Source of the DNA: Octopus vulgaris
Lineage: Eukaryota
DNA length: 64,000 nt
Reading direction: 5' to 3'
Assembly (NCBI GenBank): GCA_951406725.2
Contig: OX597832.1
Span: forward strand, 26,598,001 to 26,662,000
Below the pieces are notes generated by a model. That model was not told the origin of the DNA, searched no databases, and saw only the letters and a list, made by a program, of their open reading frames with translations. Position numbers and translations under genes: made by a program. This document shows, in pieces, positions 39,606 through 53,741 of the stretch; within the stretch, counting starts at the first letter, position 1; each line of letters starts with the position of its first letter.

Positions 39606-42600
39606 TAAAATGATAAAGAAAGAGAGAAAGTTGAAAGGATTGCAGACCTCAGCTAAAACTTCCTCTTGCTTTGGTGTGTATTTGACAGAAAAGGAGAAGA
39701 GCAAAGTGTGAAACCATTCAGTAATCACTGACAACTCCCTCCTGTTGACATGGTATGCGTGTGTGTGCATGTGTAGGGGTTTTATCACAGGGCATGGCTG
39801 TGTGGTTAGGGAGCTTGCTTCCTAGCTACATGGCTTCAGGTTCAGTCCCACTGCGTGGCACTTTGGGCAAGTGTCTTCTACTATAGCCCCGAGCTGACCG
39901 AAGCTTTGTGATTGGATTCGGTAGGCGGAAGTTACTGCCGTGTGTGTATATGTGCGTGTAGGTGCTCAGTGCCTCTCCGAAAGAGAGAGAGAGAGAGAGG
40001 GATCATGACTCATATGGGCAGCAAGCTAGCAGAGTTGTTAGAATTCCAGGCAGAATGCTTAGCGGCAGATTAGCCGATCTTTATATTCTGAGCTCAAATG
40101 CTGTCAGGATTAACCCTGCCTTTCATCCTTCCATGGTCCCAATAAAATAAGTACCAGCTGTTTATTTAACACCAGGAGTCGAACTAACTGAGTTATCTGC
40201 TCCTGCAAACTTGCCAGCCTTGTGCTAAAATTCGAAACCAATATTACAAACCTTTATTTTGTCCAATTCCTTGTGTTTGGCATTGGTTTCATCGATGTGC
40301 GCCCTGTAAGAATGTTCCGTTTCGTAAGCCTATAAGAAAGACACGGAAAATTATTATTATTATTATTGTACACTTTTAAAAAGAGAAATCTTGTTCAATC
40401 TAATGCCTTGTGCTAATTAATGTCAGAATTGATAACAACAACAGTTTCAAATTTTGGCACAAGGCCAGCAATTTCAGACAAGGGGTTAGTTGACGAGAAA
40501 GTTGATTAATAGAATCAGAAAAGCATTGGATTAAACCCCATACAGTATTTAGTTGTGCGTTTCTACATTCGGAGTTCAAACCACGCCAGGGTCAACATCA
40601 CCTTTCATCATTGATTGAGAAAATGAATACCAGTCATGTCCTGGGGTTGGCTAATTTAACAATAATAGTAAATTGATCTGTTTGTGCTGAAGATCTTAAT
40701 TTGTTTAGTGTTTAATAATATGGAGGAGGAGGCAGAAGTGGACAACAAAAGATGATAAGGATGGTAACCACGTCAGTCTTACAATTTGGCTATTTTGGGC
40801 AAGTGTCTTTTACAATAGCCCCTGGGCTGACCAAAGCCTTGCGAGTGGATTTGGTAGATGGAAACTGTGTGGAAGCCTCTGTGTGTGTCTGTGTGTCCTT
40901 GTTTTGACATCACTTGATGGTTGTAAATAAGCATCACTGTCATACAAGCGAGGTTGTTTGTTTCCATTCTTCTATGAGAAACCATGTCTGGCCATGGGAA
41001 AATATTAACTTGGTTGGAGACACACACGTAGGTTGGCAACAGGAAGAGCGTCCAACCACGGAAAAATCTACCTCAACAAATTCCAACCAACCCATGCAAG
41101 CATGGAAAAGTGGAAGTGAAAACGATGACGATGATGATGATTAAAGCAAAGACAACAATGATTACAAAGATGATGATTGATATTTTTGTTAACGAGATAA
41201 TTACAATGATAACGACGACGACAACAACAACACACAATGATGTCAGTAATACTTTTGTTAGTAAGATGATTAAAGCAATGACGATAACGAAGAAGATGAC
41301 TATCGTTAATAAGCATCAAGAATTAAAGATGAAATCCTTATTACAATACGATGCCAGTTTGATTTGTGTAATTAGCAATAAGTACACATAAGACTAATTA
41401 AGATTGCTCTAGCACGTTCTTTGGTGGGAATAGCAGAGAAGTAAAAAAAAAAAAAGAAAAAAAAAAGGAAAAAAAAAGCTGTGGCATTCATGCAATTTGA
41501 CTACGACATTGACAACAACATCAACATCATAATTTCAAGCTGTTAGTTTAGTTTGCAGTTTATCTTTCATGATGATGAGGAAGGTGTCTTTGTGTCTTTG
41601 TGGTATTGGTTGAAGTGGTGGTGGTCATGGTGGTAGTGGCATTTGTGTTGTCTTTTTTCCTTTTTCTGGAAATTCGCTGTTATTGTCTTTATAGGGATCG
41701 AATGGCAAAATCACCCTGGGTATAAAGGGACCCAACCAGTGGTGTAAAATGGCATGAAACAAAATGCTGCGAATTATTATCCACATCAAAGAGGCTATGG
41801 AACAGAAGAAAGAAGAAAAAGAAAGAAAGCCTGCACTCAACACCAGAGCTGAAGACACCTACGAAAGTAGGGGCCCCCCGCCACGTCAAATCGGTAGAGG
41901 AGTAGGGGCCGAAACTGGACGTGGTTCCTCCTGATGATGTCTTGAGCTAACTGGATCCTATAAAGGAGCTGTTGTGGTAGCAGACCACGAAACACCATTG
42001 AAATTCCTCCTGTTCAGCACTATACCAATTCTACTCCATTGTACCAATATATATATGTGTATATATATAACGGGAAAGTTTACGAAAATAGACAAAAGAC
42101 GAAGGCAGGTGGAGTACAAACAAACAAATGTATTAGTATAGCGTTCAGGAATAGAAAAAGTCTTTTATGTTTCGAGCCTACGCTCTTCAACAGAAAGATA
42201 CACAGAAAAAAACGAGAGAAAAAAATGCGTGTAGGAGCTAACGATCTATCATGGCGACCTGACTTCGGACAGTGGTCCACTACCAATATACACACACATG
42301 CAAGCCACTTTCCTTCATACAAATCCTTGTCCCACACCATTGCCTTGTAAGTTACTTGGGGACTCACTAGTGCAACATACAAAGCACCGAGTACACCCTG
42401 TAAAGTGACTGGTGCTAGGAAGGGCATCGAGCAATAGATACCATGCCAAAGGAGACACTGGAACTTGGCGCAGTCCTCTGGCTCACCAGAAAGAATCCAA
42501 CCCATACCAGCATGAATGAGGGATGGTAAATGATGATGATGATGAATACACTTACAGAACACATTCGTTAGCTGCTGAGGAACTTCCAAAATCCTTTGGC

Positions 42601-45600
42601 ATTACTCCCGGCAAGCTAGTACGCAATGGCATTGATAACAACCAGCTCAAGTCCTTAAGCTCTTGCTGAGGAACTTCCAGTGGCAGGAGGTGGGATTTGA
42701 ACTCAGAGAGAACAAGGCCAAAACAGATTTTGCAAGGTATTACAGTTAATGCTCAAATAACTCTACTGGTTCTATTGACCGATTTTCAGAAAAAAGCATC
42801 GGTCATTCTCAGTAGAAGATATGGGACAAAGGTGCTGAACAATGGAACCAAATCTAGAATTAGATGATAATAAAGTGAAAATGTGAATGAGTCAGTCTTG
42901 TGGGTCGTTAATTAAAATGATGCCTAAACACTTGTGGGAGTTTGTGATGGAGACAAAATATTTAAATGAAAGAGAGAAAATAAATTTGATAAATGAAGAT
43001 AAGTAAAAAATAAAATAAAATAAAAACAATATTTTGTTTGGTCAGAACTGGTTGAGTGTGACATCAGAAACATCCACAGAAAGAGAGAGAAAGAGCATCT
43101 CTATGTGACTGCTCCACATGCTACAAATAGCAGCCAACTCTCCCTCCTATCGCATCCTAAAACAGAAGGAAGGGCATACTGAATAATGTAGCACCATTTA
43201 TACTATGCGTGGAAAAAAAAAAATGGGTTGGTCATAGTTGGAATGTCCTTGGTTATAGGTTTACTTGATCAGGGCCTAGCCAGGACTAAACATCAACAAT
43301 TACAACTACAGTTTCTTGACCACAATCCCACCTCATCTCAATTTTATTCTAGTGAAATGACACAATGTGGTCAGTATGATAATGCCGATTAATGAAGAGC
43401 GATTTTATTTGGTTGATGAAAGCATTGTTTAACAGTGTTTGCCTCACCTTAATACAAGTACGAATGGAAATAACTCTAAAATACTTTATATTTCTAAACA
43501 AGTTGGTGCACCAAAATCTCAATTAAATTAGAATCGGACCATTCTGTGAAAGGAAGAATTATCTGATCTTCAGCAGACAAAGAAAAGAAAAAAAAGAAAG
43601 AAAAAAAACCCAAAGATAAATATGATCAATATGTCAAGGTGATGAGAGAGCAATTTCCTCCTGGATGGAAAAACTGGACTGCCACATGCAAAACATGTTC
43701 ACTTTAAGGTAAAACTCACAAATTATAGGTAAAACAGGTCGACGCTTGTAAAATTATTTTGAATGTGAAACACACTATTCCGAGGAGATGAACGTGGAGG
43801 TTGATAACGGAATTTTAATATGTACCATTGGTGTTGGAAGATATTATTTCAGCCATATATACACACAAAATACATTATATAGACAAACTATATACACAAG
43901 ATAAAACATACACAGACCATAAAAACATTTATTACACACACAAGACAAAAAAACATTTATACAAAAACAGAAAACACATACACACAAAATACATCATATA
44001 AAACACAACACACACACACATGCTTAAGACATGACATAGACTGACAGAAAATATCCTATGAATTTGCCAGGTCTTCAAATATACACCCTGCTTGAATACT
44101 CCTAATACTGGGCTTCTTGCTGTACATGCATAACAAGTGACCTGATCGGAGACTGTGTGTTGGAACGAAAACAATTGCAGCGTGGAAGGTGTTTATAAGC
44201 CATTTAAGAAACACACAAAACAGTTAGAGTCACTTCAACATTTAAATTTAATTTGGCAAAATATTTTCGTCGCTTTCAGACCACGAACTGTTCACTGAGA
44301 GAGAGCATCTCTACGTGATTACTCCACATGCTACAAATAGCAGCTAACTCTCCCTCCTACTAAATTCTTTGTTATATTTAAATTAATTGAAAGAAACACA
44401 GAGCATCACAACAGAAATCCGTGCTGCATCTCAGTGAACAGGTCGCGGTCTCAAAGCGACGAAAATATTTTGCCAAATTAAATTTAAATGTTGAAATGAA
44501 TCTAACGGATTTTGTGTGTTTTTTAAATGGCTTATAAACACCTTCCACGCTGCAATTGTTTATTATATATATATATATATATATATTCGTGCAAATTTCT
44601 TCAAGTGAGCACATGCCTGCACGTGTCCACGTATGACGATGCATGCATGTGTGAAAGTATTATTACGAGTAAATGCAAGTGTGAGAGTGCATCCATAAAC
44701 ATGCATGTTAGTGTGAGTACATAATGCACAAGAGAGAAACTTCAAACTGTTGCTTGGCAACCGGGGGTTAAAGAATAAGCGGTCACCGTTTCAACCCTTA
44801 TTCCCACCCTCCTGCTCCCTTCAAAGCAAGCCACCCCTGCAACGATCTAGAACAACGTTGGCCATATTTTTCACACGCATTTACACATACATTCCTCCTT
44901 CCCAGCTTTGTGAAAACCCGTTTTTTATTTTAAGACAAATGCAGTAGGATGCAACACCAATTCCAAATCTAGCGTTTTGCATTAAAAGAAGCATCAAAGA
45001 CTAATTGTGCAAATTGCAATAATTGATTGCACAGCTTGCAGACGGACAGCAAAATTAAAATACATACATGCATGCACACATACATACATGTATGCACACA
45101 TACACATACATACGCATTTCTATATATATGTATATGTGTGTGTATGTATTTATCTATATATCTATATTTGTAAATATATATTATTATTATATACATCGTG
45201 CTTCTTGACTTGTATGGGATTTTAGGGTGCCATACTTACCAACAACACCGGCAAGAACTGGTCAGGGTCATTTTCAATGCCCAGTTCTAACTGGTTTGTA
45301 CAAGTTTGAGATGGAGGAATGTGCTTGAAAATGCGATGCAAATGTAAGGCGCACGAACAGCAATGGCAGTCGAGGCGCCATCGCTTCACAACCTGTTTAA
45401 ATAAATCATAAACCCAGGTTATTGCACCCCTTAAAGGTAAAAAAAAAGGCAAACCAAAAGAAAAATGGCAAAACAAGCTCTTCCGCCAAGGGACACACCT
45501 AAGAACAGTCTTGGGAATTTAGATATCAAAACCCATAGCAGAATACTGAATAAAAACAAAATAACAGTCAATAAATTCTTGCTTGCTTTATTTCTTTCTT

Positions 45601-47309
45601 TCTCTCTTTCTTTGGTCCTTTCTCTTTTATCTTCCAAATCAATGTTAAAAAGCAGGAATTTTTGTGTGTGCTGGATGAATGGTGCTAACCATACGTCCAC
45701 CGAAAATAGCGTGACTAAAAAAGTCTTTGATTAATCCTTTAGTATTTAAACCGGCCATATCCGGCCAAAATATTTAATCTGTTTTATGTTCAAACTGACC
45801 AGATCCAGGCTCTCACACCTACCCTACAATGTTATTCTACATTAAGTAATTACACCATCAAGATCTTGAAGATATGAGATAATGCATGATTAATTCAAAT
45901 CAATGGGAATCAATAAGCATTATGTTTGATAGGATAATCTGAACACTAAAGGGTTAATTCCATGTTAATGTTTGCTTGCGAGAATGTAAAGTGTGTGTGT
46001 GTGTGAGGTGCATTATGGGTGAAAGTGCATACTTAAATAAAAAGTGTATGTAAAGGTATACTGATCATAGAATGGCAGAGCAGACATTCTATGTCTACTC
46101 TGCCATGCTGAGACAGTTTGGACAAGCAATCATGGGCCAAGTCAGTTCTTATTCAGAGAAACTCCCCTGCCTTCTAGAGAGGTCACAGATCACATAACAC
46201 TCTCTACATTCCATTCTTGCCTTGGATTCTATGGCTTGGGTGTCCTTCTTACCTCCAAACATTTGCACATTTTATTATGGTCCCAGCACTGCGGAGGTTA
46301 TTCTGTCCTCAATATGCATGCACAAAAGGGGAGACTTTGTGAGTGTGTGTGTGTGTGTATGAAGATAGACAGATACCTATGGCATACAAAAACCTGTTGG
46401 CCTTTTGAGTCAATTTGGTAACCTATAGCCAAGTAAAAATTTATATAACCATGTATTGTGTTCTATGTTACCTGTTTGTTTTGCTAAGCCTCTGTTTCTC
46501 TTTCTCCCCCCTCTTCCTGTACACACACACACACACACACACACATGCAACAAACGTGTAACTCAAGAACATTGGAAATATGAACGTTTCGTTTGTAATC
46601 TATTAAAGAATACCCTATACCTGCGTATCAAGTTCTGCAAATTATTGCTCCTAAGTGAACCAACACATACACACACGCACACACACACACACACACTCAC
46701 ACAAGCACACACACACACGAGCATTCTTTACAGTAAACAGCTACATTATATAAAATCCAATTCACCGACAGACTTACAACAAGAAAAATAACAGCTGACA
46801 CAATTGTCAGCTGTTATGTATTTTTTTTGTGTATGCATACACATACACATGTACATATATAAACATATATACACACACATGAGTGTGTATGTACATATAG
46901 TTGTAAATAAATGTGTGTGTGTGTGTGTGTGTGTGTGTTTGTATACACATACACACACACACAGTGTTTATGCATCATAAAGGAAAATGTATAAATTACA
47001 CACGCGGAAAGTGTGTAAAATCTGGTTTTATATATATAAATATTTGTTGAATGGCAGAGATTTGAATTCCACACCCAGGTTGCACACACACATTTGATAT
47101 ATGTTCTGTGACAATCAACAGCTGCTGTTAATTCTGTTCTGGCCATGATTGAAAATTGTGGCTATGAGAAGAGAGTGTATGTGTGTGTGTAAAGAGTTAC
47201 GTATGACTCAAAACCTCCAGAATTACACAAAAGTGTTAAATACATACACAGTACATACACACATATGTATGCATGTATGTATGCACACATACACATGCAT
47301 GTTTGTTTG

Positions 47310-47360
<51 letters not shown>

Positions 47361-47823
47361 TTATATATAATAATATGAGGGAATATTATTCCAAACTTTC
47401 AATTTAGAAATACTAAATCAAATTTCACAAAATATAATATATATAAATATATAAATTAGAAAAAAAAAACACCTTTTATCAATTCAATAATGAAAAATTA
47501 AATTATACCATCTAGAAAAATTACATATAGAAAGATTGAATATAAGATAAAACATATAACGATGATTAAGTAATGTACAAAATAATAGATAAAAAATAAA
47601 TATAACGAATATATTTGGTTTATAAAATATATATAAAACATATATAAATATATATATATATACCAAATATATATGTTTTATTTATTATTTTGCATATTAC
47701 TTAATCATCGTTATATGTTTTATCTTATATTTAATCTTTCTATAATATGTAATTTTTCTAGATGGTGTAATTTAATTTTTCATTATTGAATTGATAAAAG
47801 GTGTTTTTTTCCTAATTCATCTC

Positions 47824-47866
<43 letters not shown>

Positions 47867-50800
47867 TATATGTTCATACATATAAATGCATGTGCCTGCA
47901 TGAAGTGCATACCATCATACATATCTGAGCATACATGTATATGGTATATACTTACGTATATACACATACATGTATATATATATATACAGCCATACATCCT
48001 ATATACATTAAGATGAAGCCGATATGTTATACAGCCCGTAACCCATTGATCCAGCAGAAGATAAACTTCAAACAAAGAAGGAAAATATAGCAAGCAGTGA
48101 AGAAATAATATTGAATAAACCTTCATTGGGCATAAAATTTCAGTAAATTTTCTAAGAATATTGCGGCTACACTTTGGTAGGATAAATACCAGTGAATCTT
48201 CACAACTAGGAATCACCAATAACCTGGCTCTCATAAGAAATGGAATACAAATATTACCATGGGTGAGATTTGAACTCAGAAGACACATGAAGGGGCAAGA
48301 TTAAAATACCTTTAAATTATTTAATAATTTTGATACCACTTTGTCTGAGACTGTTCCAGGTTCTATGATGCAAACATCTTGTTTTTAAGTGATCTAAATT
48401 AAATTTTCCATCCAAACTTTGTGTTATGTTCCAACCATTACCCAAATAATAGTAACTAGCTGAACAAAATTAAATTTATTAGATTCATTATTTTCAAAAT
48501 TAATTGTGACAAATCAGTGTATTTCGACAGAAAAAAGGTACCAAAATTGTTGACTTTTCCAATACTAGTCTGCCTGAGACAGGCCTCCTTGGTTTTATGA
48601 TACAAACATTCCGTTTTAAAGAAATCTAAATTAAAACTTTAAGTCAGAATTACATGTTAATTTGCATTCCAAATAGCAGCTTAGCAATGACTAAGTTGTA
48701 GTTTAGTGCTACTACTTTCATTACTGTCTCACCGCTGGTTCTAGTCAGGTCAAGTTCCATTGTACCTAGAGCTGGTACCCTGTAACCCAGTACAAACTGC
48801 AGCACTGACTAAACCACTCTTGTAAGGTTACAAATATAACCCTTTTGTTACCAACCCAGCTGAAACCAGTTCTGGCTCTGAGTACAAATGTCCTGTTTTC
48901 ACAAGTTTTGAATTAAAATCTTCCTCCAAACTTTAGTCACAATTCATGTTCCTAACACTAGCTTAACCCTTTCGATATCAACCCGGCTGAAACCGGTTCT
49001 GGCTCTGAGTACAAATGTCCTGTTTTCACAAGTTTTGAATTAAAATCTTCCTCCAAACTTTAGTCACAATTCATGTTCCTAACACTAGCTTAACCCTTTC
49101 GATATCAACCCGGCTGAAACCGGTTCTGGCTCTGAGTACAAATGTCCTGTTTTCACAAGTTTTGAATTAAAATCTTCCTCCAAACTTTAGTCACAATTCA
49201 TGTTCCTAACATTAGCTTAACCCTTTCGATATCAACCCGGCTGAAACCGGTTCTGGCTCTGAGTACAAATGTCCTGTTTTCACAAGTTTTGAATTAAAAT
49301 CTTCCTCCAAACTTTAGTCACAATTCATGTTCCTAACACTAGCTTAACCCTTTCGATACCAACCCGGCTGAAACCGGTTCTGGCTCTGAGTATAAATGTC
49401 TTGTTTTCACAAGTTTTGAATTAAAATCTTCCACCAAACCTTAGTCACAATTTATGTTCCTAACACTAACTGAATGATAACTAAGTTATTTTACTAAATT
49501 CTTTGTTATATTTGAAGTAATTGAAAGAAACACAGAGCATCTCAAAATAAATACAGTAACGAAAGGGTTAATACCACAACAAACTACTAGAGATAATTTA
49601 TCACAAGATAATAGGGGCTAGTTTATCAGTCAGTTCGTCCAGAAGCAGTGGCCGTCAACCAGTTTTTACATATAGACCCCTTTGATTCCTATTTTACTCG
49701 GGTGGACCCTTATAGCCATTTGAGGTTTAAAAACTCCTCCATTAATTAAATATTATTAGGAATTGTTTAAACCTTATGTTACCAACCTGCCTGAAACTGG
49801 TTCTGGCTCTGAGTACAAATGTCCTGTTTTCACAAGTTTTGAATTAAAATCTTCCACCAAACCTTAGTCACAATTTATGTTCCTAACACTAGCCGAATTG
49901 TAACTAGGTAATTTTACTAAATTCTTTGTTATATTTAAAGTAATTGAAAGAAACACAGAGCATCGCAACAGAAATACAGCAACGAAAGGGTTAACATTTC
50001 ACATAGTTCAACCTACACCAGGGAATGTGTGGAAAACAATACAGGAACTTAGAAGCTTCTATAAAACTAGTTTTTAAACATCGAATAGTCATGGGGGGTG
50101 GGCACCAAAATAAGATAATCAAAGGGGTCCAAAGATAGATAAACAGTGGTTGAGAACCGCTGGGCTAAATCCTTCCAAGCAGTGCCTTAGCCTGGCCACA
50201 GCCCCAAACAAGTAACAGATGAAAAGATAGATAGGGTAATATACCTTTAGAAACATTTTGGATGAAAATTTAATGAATAAGATGGGATGGTCAAGGCTGG
50301 AACATTTTTTATGATAAGGTCTGTAGGATTAGAGTTAATCTGAGGACTAGATGATAACAAAGTGCTTTGTGTTGTTTGTGGGTGTTTTTTGAGGGGAGGG
50401 GGTGTTGAGGAGTGGAAAATAGAAAGTGAGGAAATTGTGGAAAGGAATGGTGAGGTTGGATCTCAGAATGCCAAGTCCCACAGAAGAGGTCAGACAAATG
50501 ATGACGTGTTTGTAGAATAGACTTATCGAACCTATATAATTTGTGAATGAGCCAGTTAGAAACAGCAGCCAAATCACCCTCAAATCCATGATGGCAAGAT
50601 TTTAAAAAAATACAGTAAAAAGAAGAAAAAAAAGCAAAATTGTTTGAATCAATGCAGGAGGCTTCTCAGCTATGAATAAGCCTGTTAGAAACAGCAGCCA
50701 AATCTCCCTCAAATCTATGATAGCAAGATTTTAAAAAGTAAAAAAAAAAATTGTTTGCACTTCTCAGGGAGCTTCTCATCTGTGAATGAACCTGTTAGAA

Positions 50801-53694
50801 ACAGCAGTCAAATCTCCCCCAAACCACTAAAGGAGGACACATTCACACACGTCTGATAATGTAGTTCTCTGTGCATGATGTCTGAGTAAGAGACTAGACG
50901 GTCATGGCTGTAATGTTTTTGATCAGAGCATTACCAGACCAGATCTAACCAAGGGCTAAACAACAAATGTTAAAATGATGATCATTGTTGTAGTTTAACC
51001 CCAGGTCAGCTTGAATGAGAAGACCTCTGAGATCAAATCATTCCAGCAACAACCAACCAGAGATTTTGAATATCTAAAAACCACAACATTACTTAACATG
51101 TCCTTCCTGTATTTAAGAGGGAAGGTATGATTTGAAGGGATATATAGCTGCTTTTTCTAATAGGTGAAATGGTCATGCAGATGCTCCCTCAATGGCTTAA
51201 GAAGTAACCGTATTCTTAGAAGAAATGAGAACTTTTATGTCCAAAAGAAGGTGTTTTTGTTGAGGGTTTTTTGGGTATTTTTGTTTACAAACAAAATTAA
51301 ATAAATGACTTGAATTTGGTGGGTAAAGAATAGGGGTCGGTCATTGAAAGAATCTGATTTCAAAAGAGGAATGAATAAAAATAAAATAAAATAAAATAAA
51401 AACTGAAAGAATAAACGAAAAAAACAAAAAACAGAAATCATAGAAACATAATAACAGTAACAACAACATCAGTTAATTAATTATAGAAGATGTTATAATT
51501 AGGTTTAACGAAGGTAATGTAAAGAAACAAAGTAACATATTGTGACAACGTGTCAATAATATCTCCCTGTCTTTAAATTTTGGAAGTACCTCCATCACAG
51601 TTGAGTAGGGGCACCACCATCAGTCAAGAGGGGGTACCTCTGTCACAGTTGAGTTGGGGTACCCCCCCCCCCATTTGATTCATGGTGTTCACTCTTCTTT
51701 AACAGCAGTACCCCAACTCAACTGTGACAGGGGTACCTCCATTTGACTCATGGTGGTACCCCTGTTACAGTTGAGTTGGGGTACTGTTGTTAAAGAATAG
51801 TGGAGGTACCACCTTCACAGTTCAGTGGAGGTACCCCCATCACAGTCGGGAGGGGGGTACCAGCATTAAAGTTGAACAGTGGGGTTTCCGCAAGATGAAC
51901 AATAAACGAAGACAGAACAGAATTTGAAGTTTAATAAAAAAAAAAAACCCACAAAAAAAACAAAACAAATGTAGCAGAAAAAGAAGAGAAAAATTAACAA
52001 AAATGCAACAATAAATAAATAAAAACATAGAAAGAAATATGGTTGGATGTTCCAATGTGAATACAGAATAGAATACATAACATGTAGAGCAATATTTAAA
52101 GATGTGGGGGGTATGAAACCCACCGACCCTTACTGGTGGGGCATGGCAATATTTGGGTGAGGTCTAGGTTACTTTAGAATGAGGTGAATAAAACTGACAG
52201 GTAAGTTTTAATTAAAACTTCTTGTGTATGTGTGTGTGTGTGTGGGGGGGGTTATAAATGAATGTAAGATCTAAGGATCAAGGTGTAGGAAGGAAGTCAG
52301 CTTCAAGCAATCCGTAGTGAATATAAAAAAAAACCCAACTTTCAGAGATAATAGTGGTTTATTGAGACGGAAGGTTGCGGATTTTTTTCATACTGAAGTA
52401 CGATAAACTGAAAAAAGTTTGTTTTATATCTCACGGTAGGCAACCAGGGTTTCTGGGTGTGCGAATAAGAATACAAGAGTTATGGAATGGAGTGGATAAG
52501 ACCTGGGCTACATGTGTGTCATAGCGAGCAGAACCTCAGAAGTGGTAAATATCCAGGTAAGGTGTATACCACAGGGTACTCTTCAGGCTGAGGATATCTT
52601 GATTAAATGAAAGTTTACACACACACGTGTGTACTATACACTCTGGCCATTCATGGTGGTGGGGGTATTGGGGGGGTGTGTGAACATTTTTAGGGGAGAA
52701 TCAGATTGGGGCATGGAACAAAAACGGTTAAGGAACACCGATGTAAATATTTTCTAAATGCCAAGAAGCATCATGTCACCGTCTCTGCTGCTTCCTCATT
52801 AGCCAATCCAATTAAATTGCCCAGCGTTTATTAGTTTGTGATGTAAGAATTTTCTCACAGAAAAATATGAAAGATTGGGAAAAAATAAATAAATAAATAA
52901 ATAAGGGAGATTTTTTAAAAAAAATTCTACATTTTCAGATCTGATTGATCAATTGAAAGTTTAAATTAGATTAATTAATGTTAGAATATTTAAAGCATGA
53001 AGCATAAAAGAAAAAAAATTGAATTAAAACATGTGGTGGGACAAACAAACAGGTTGAGTTAGTGTCCACATGTTTAATAATGCATGGAATAAATGTCTCA
53101 ATTTGTAAAATGTTTAATTAGGTTTAATTTATTTAACTCAGGTTATGTCATGCTGATGGTTTCAAATAAGAATGAAATGGATCTATACTGGATTCCCAAA
53201 GACTAGAAATTACAAAGTGATCGTAATAAGTAAACAAAAATAAATAAATAAAATAAAACTGCAAACTCCATATTTTATTCTTCCTTGTTCTTTGATTTTA
53301 AATTTCTAACTTATAATCCCACCAAATATTATGTAGACATGATTATCTCCCTTACACTAACCGGCCACTGGCCACCAAGTAACACCATGTGGTTAAACAG
53401 TCGGCTAAAAAAAAATAAACATGTGGCATGCACAACACACAGATAAGTTAGTGTTGACATTTGTAAAAGCACAGAGAATTAAAAACCCGAACTAATGTCT
53501 ACATGTGATGTGCGAGACAGATAAGTTAGCGAAGACATGATGAATGAAGTGTTAAAAACGTGGTATGAGGAATTGTTATGACAAAATATCTGAAGTATGG
53601 AGCATTAAAAGAGTTAACTAAAAATAACGTGGTGGGTGAGAAGTAGACGGTTCAGTCAAAACAACTAAATATAAACATGTAGAACCATATGTCA

Positions 53695-53741
<47 letters not shown>

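Noticed and set aside
41625-42040. Coding-like stretch with short ORFs on both strands
   Set aside because: No convincing splice pair or recognisable motif.
51585-51860. Short direct and inverted gtacc..cacagttgag repeats
   Set aside because: Looks like a decayed local repeat; no consistent period or termini.
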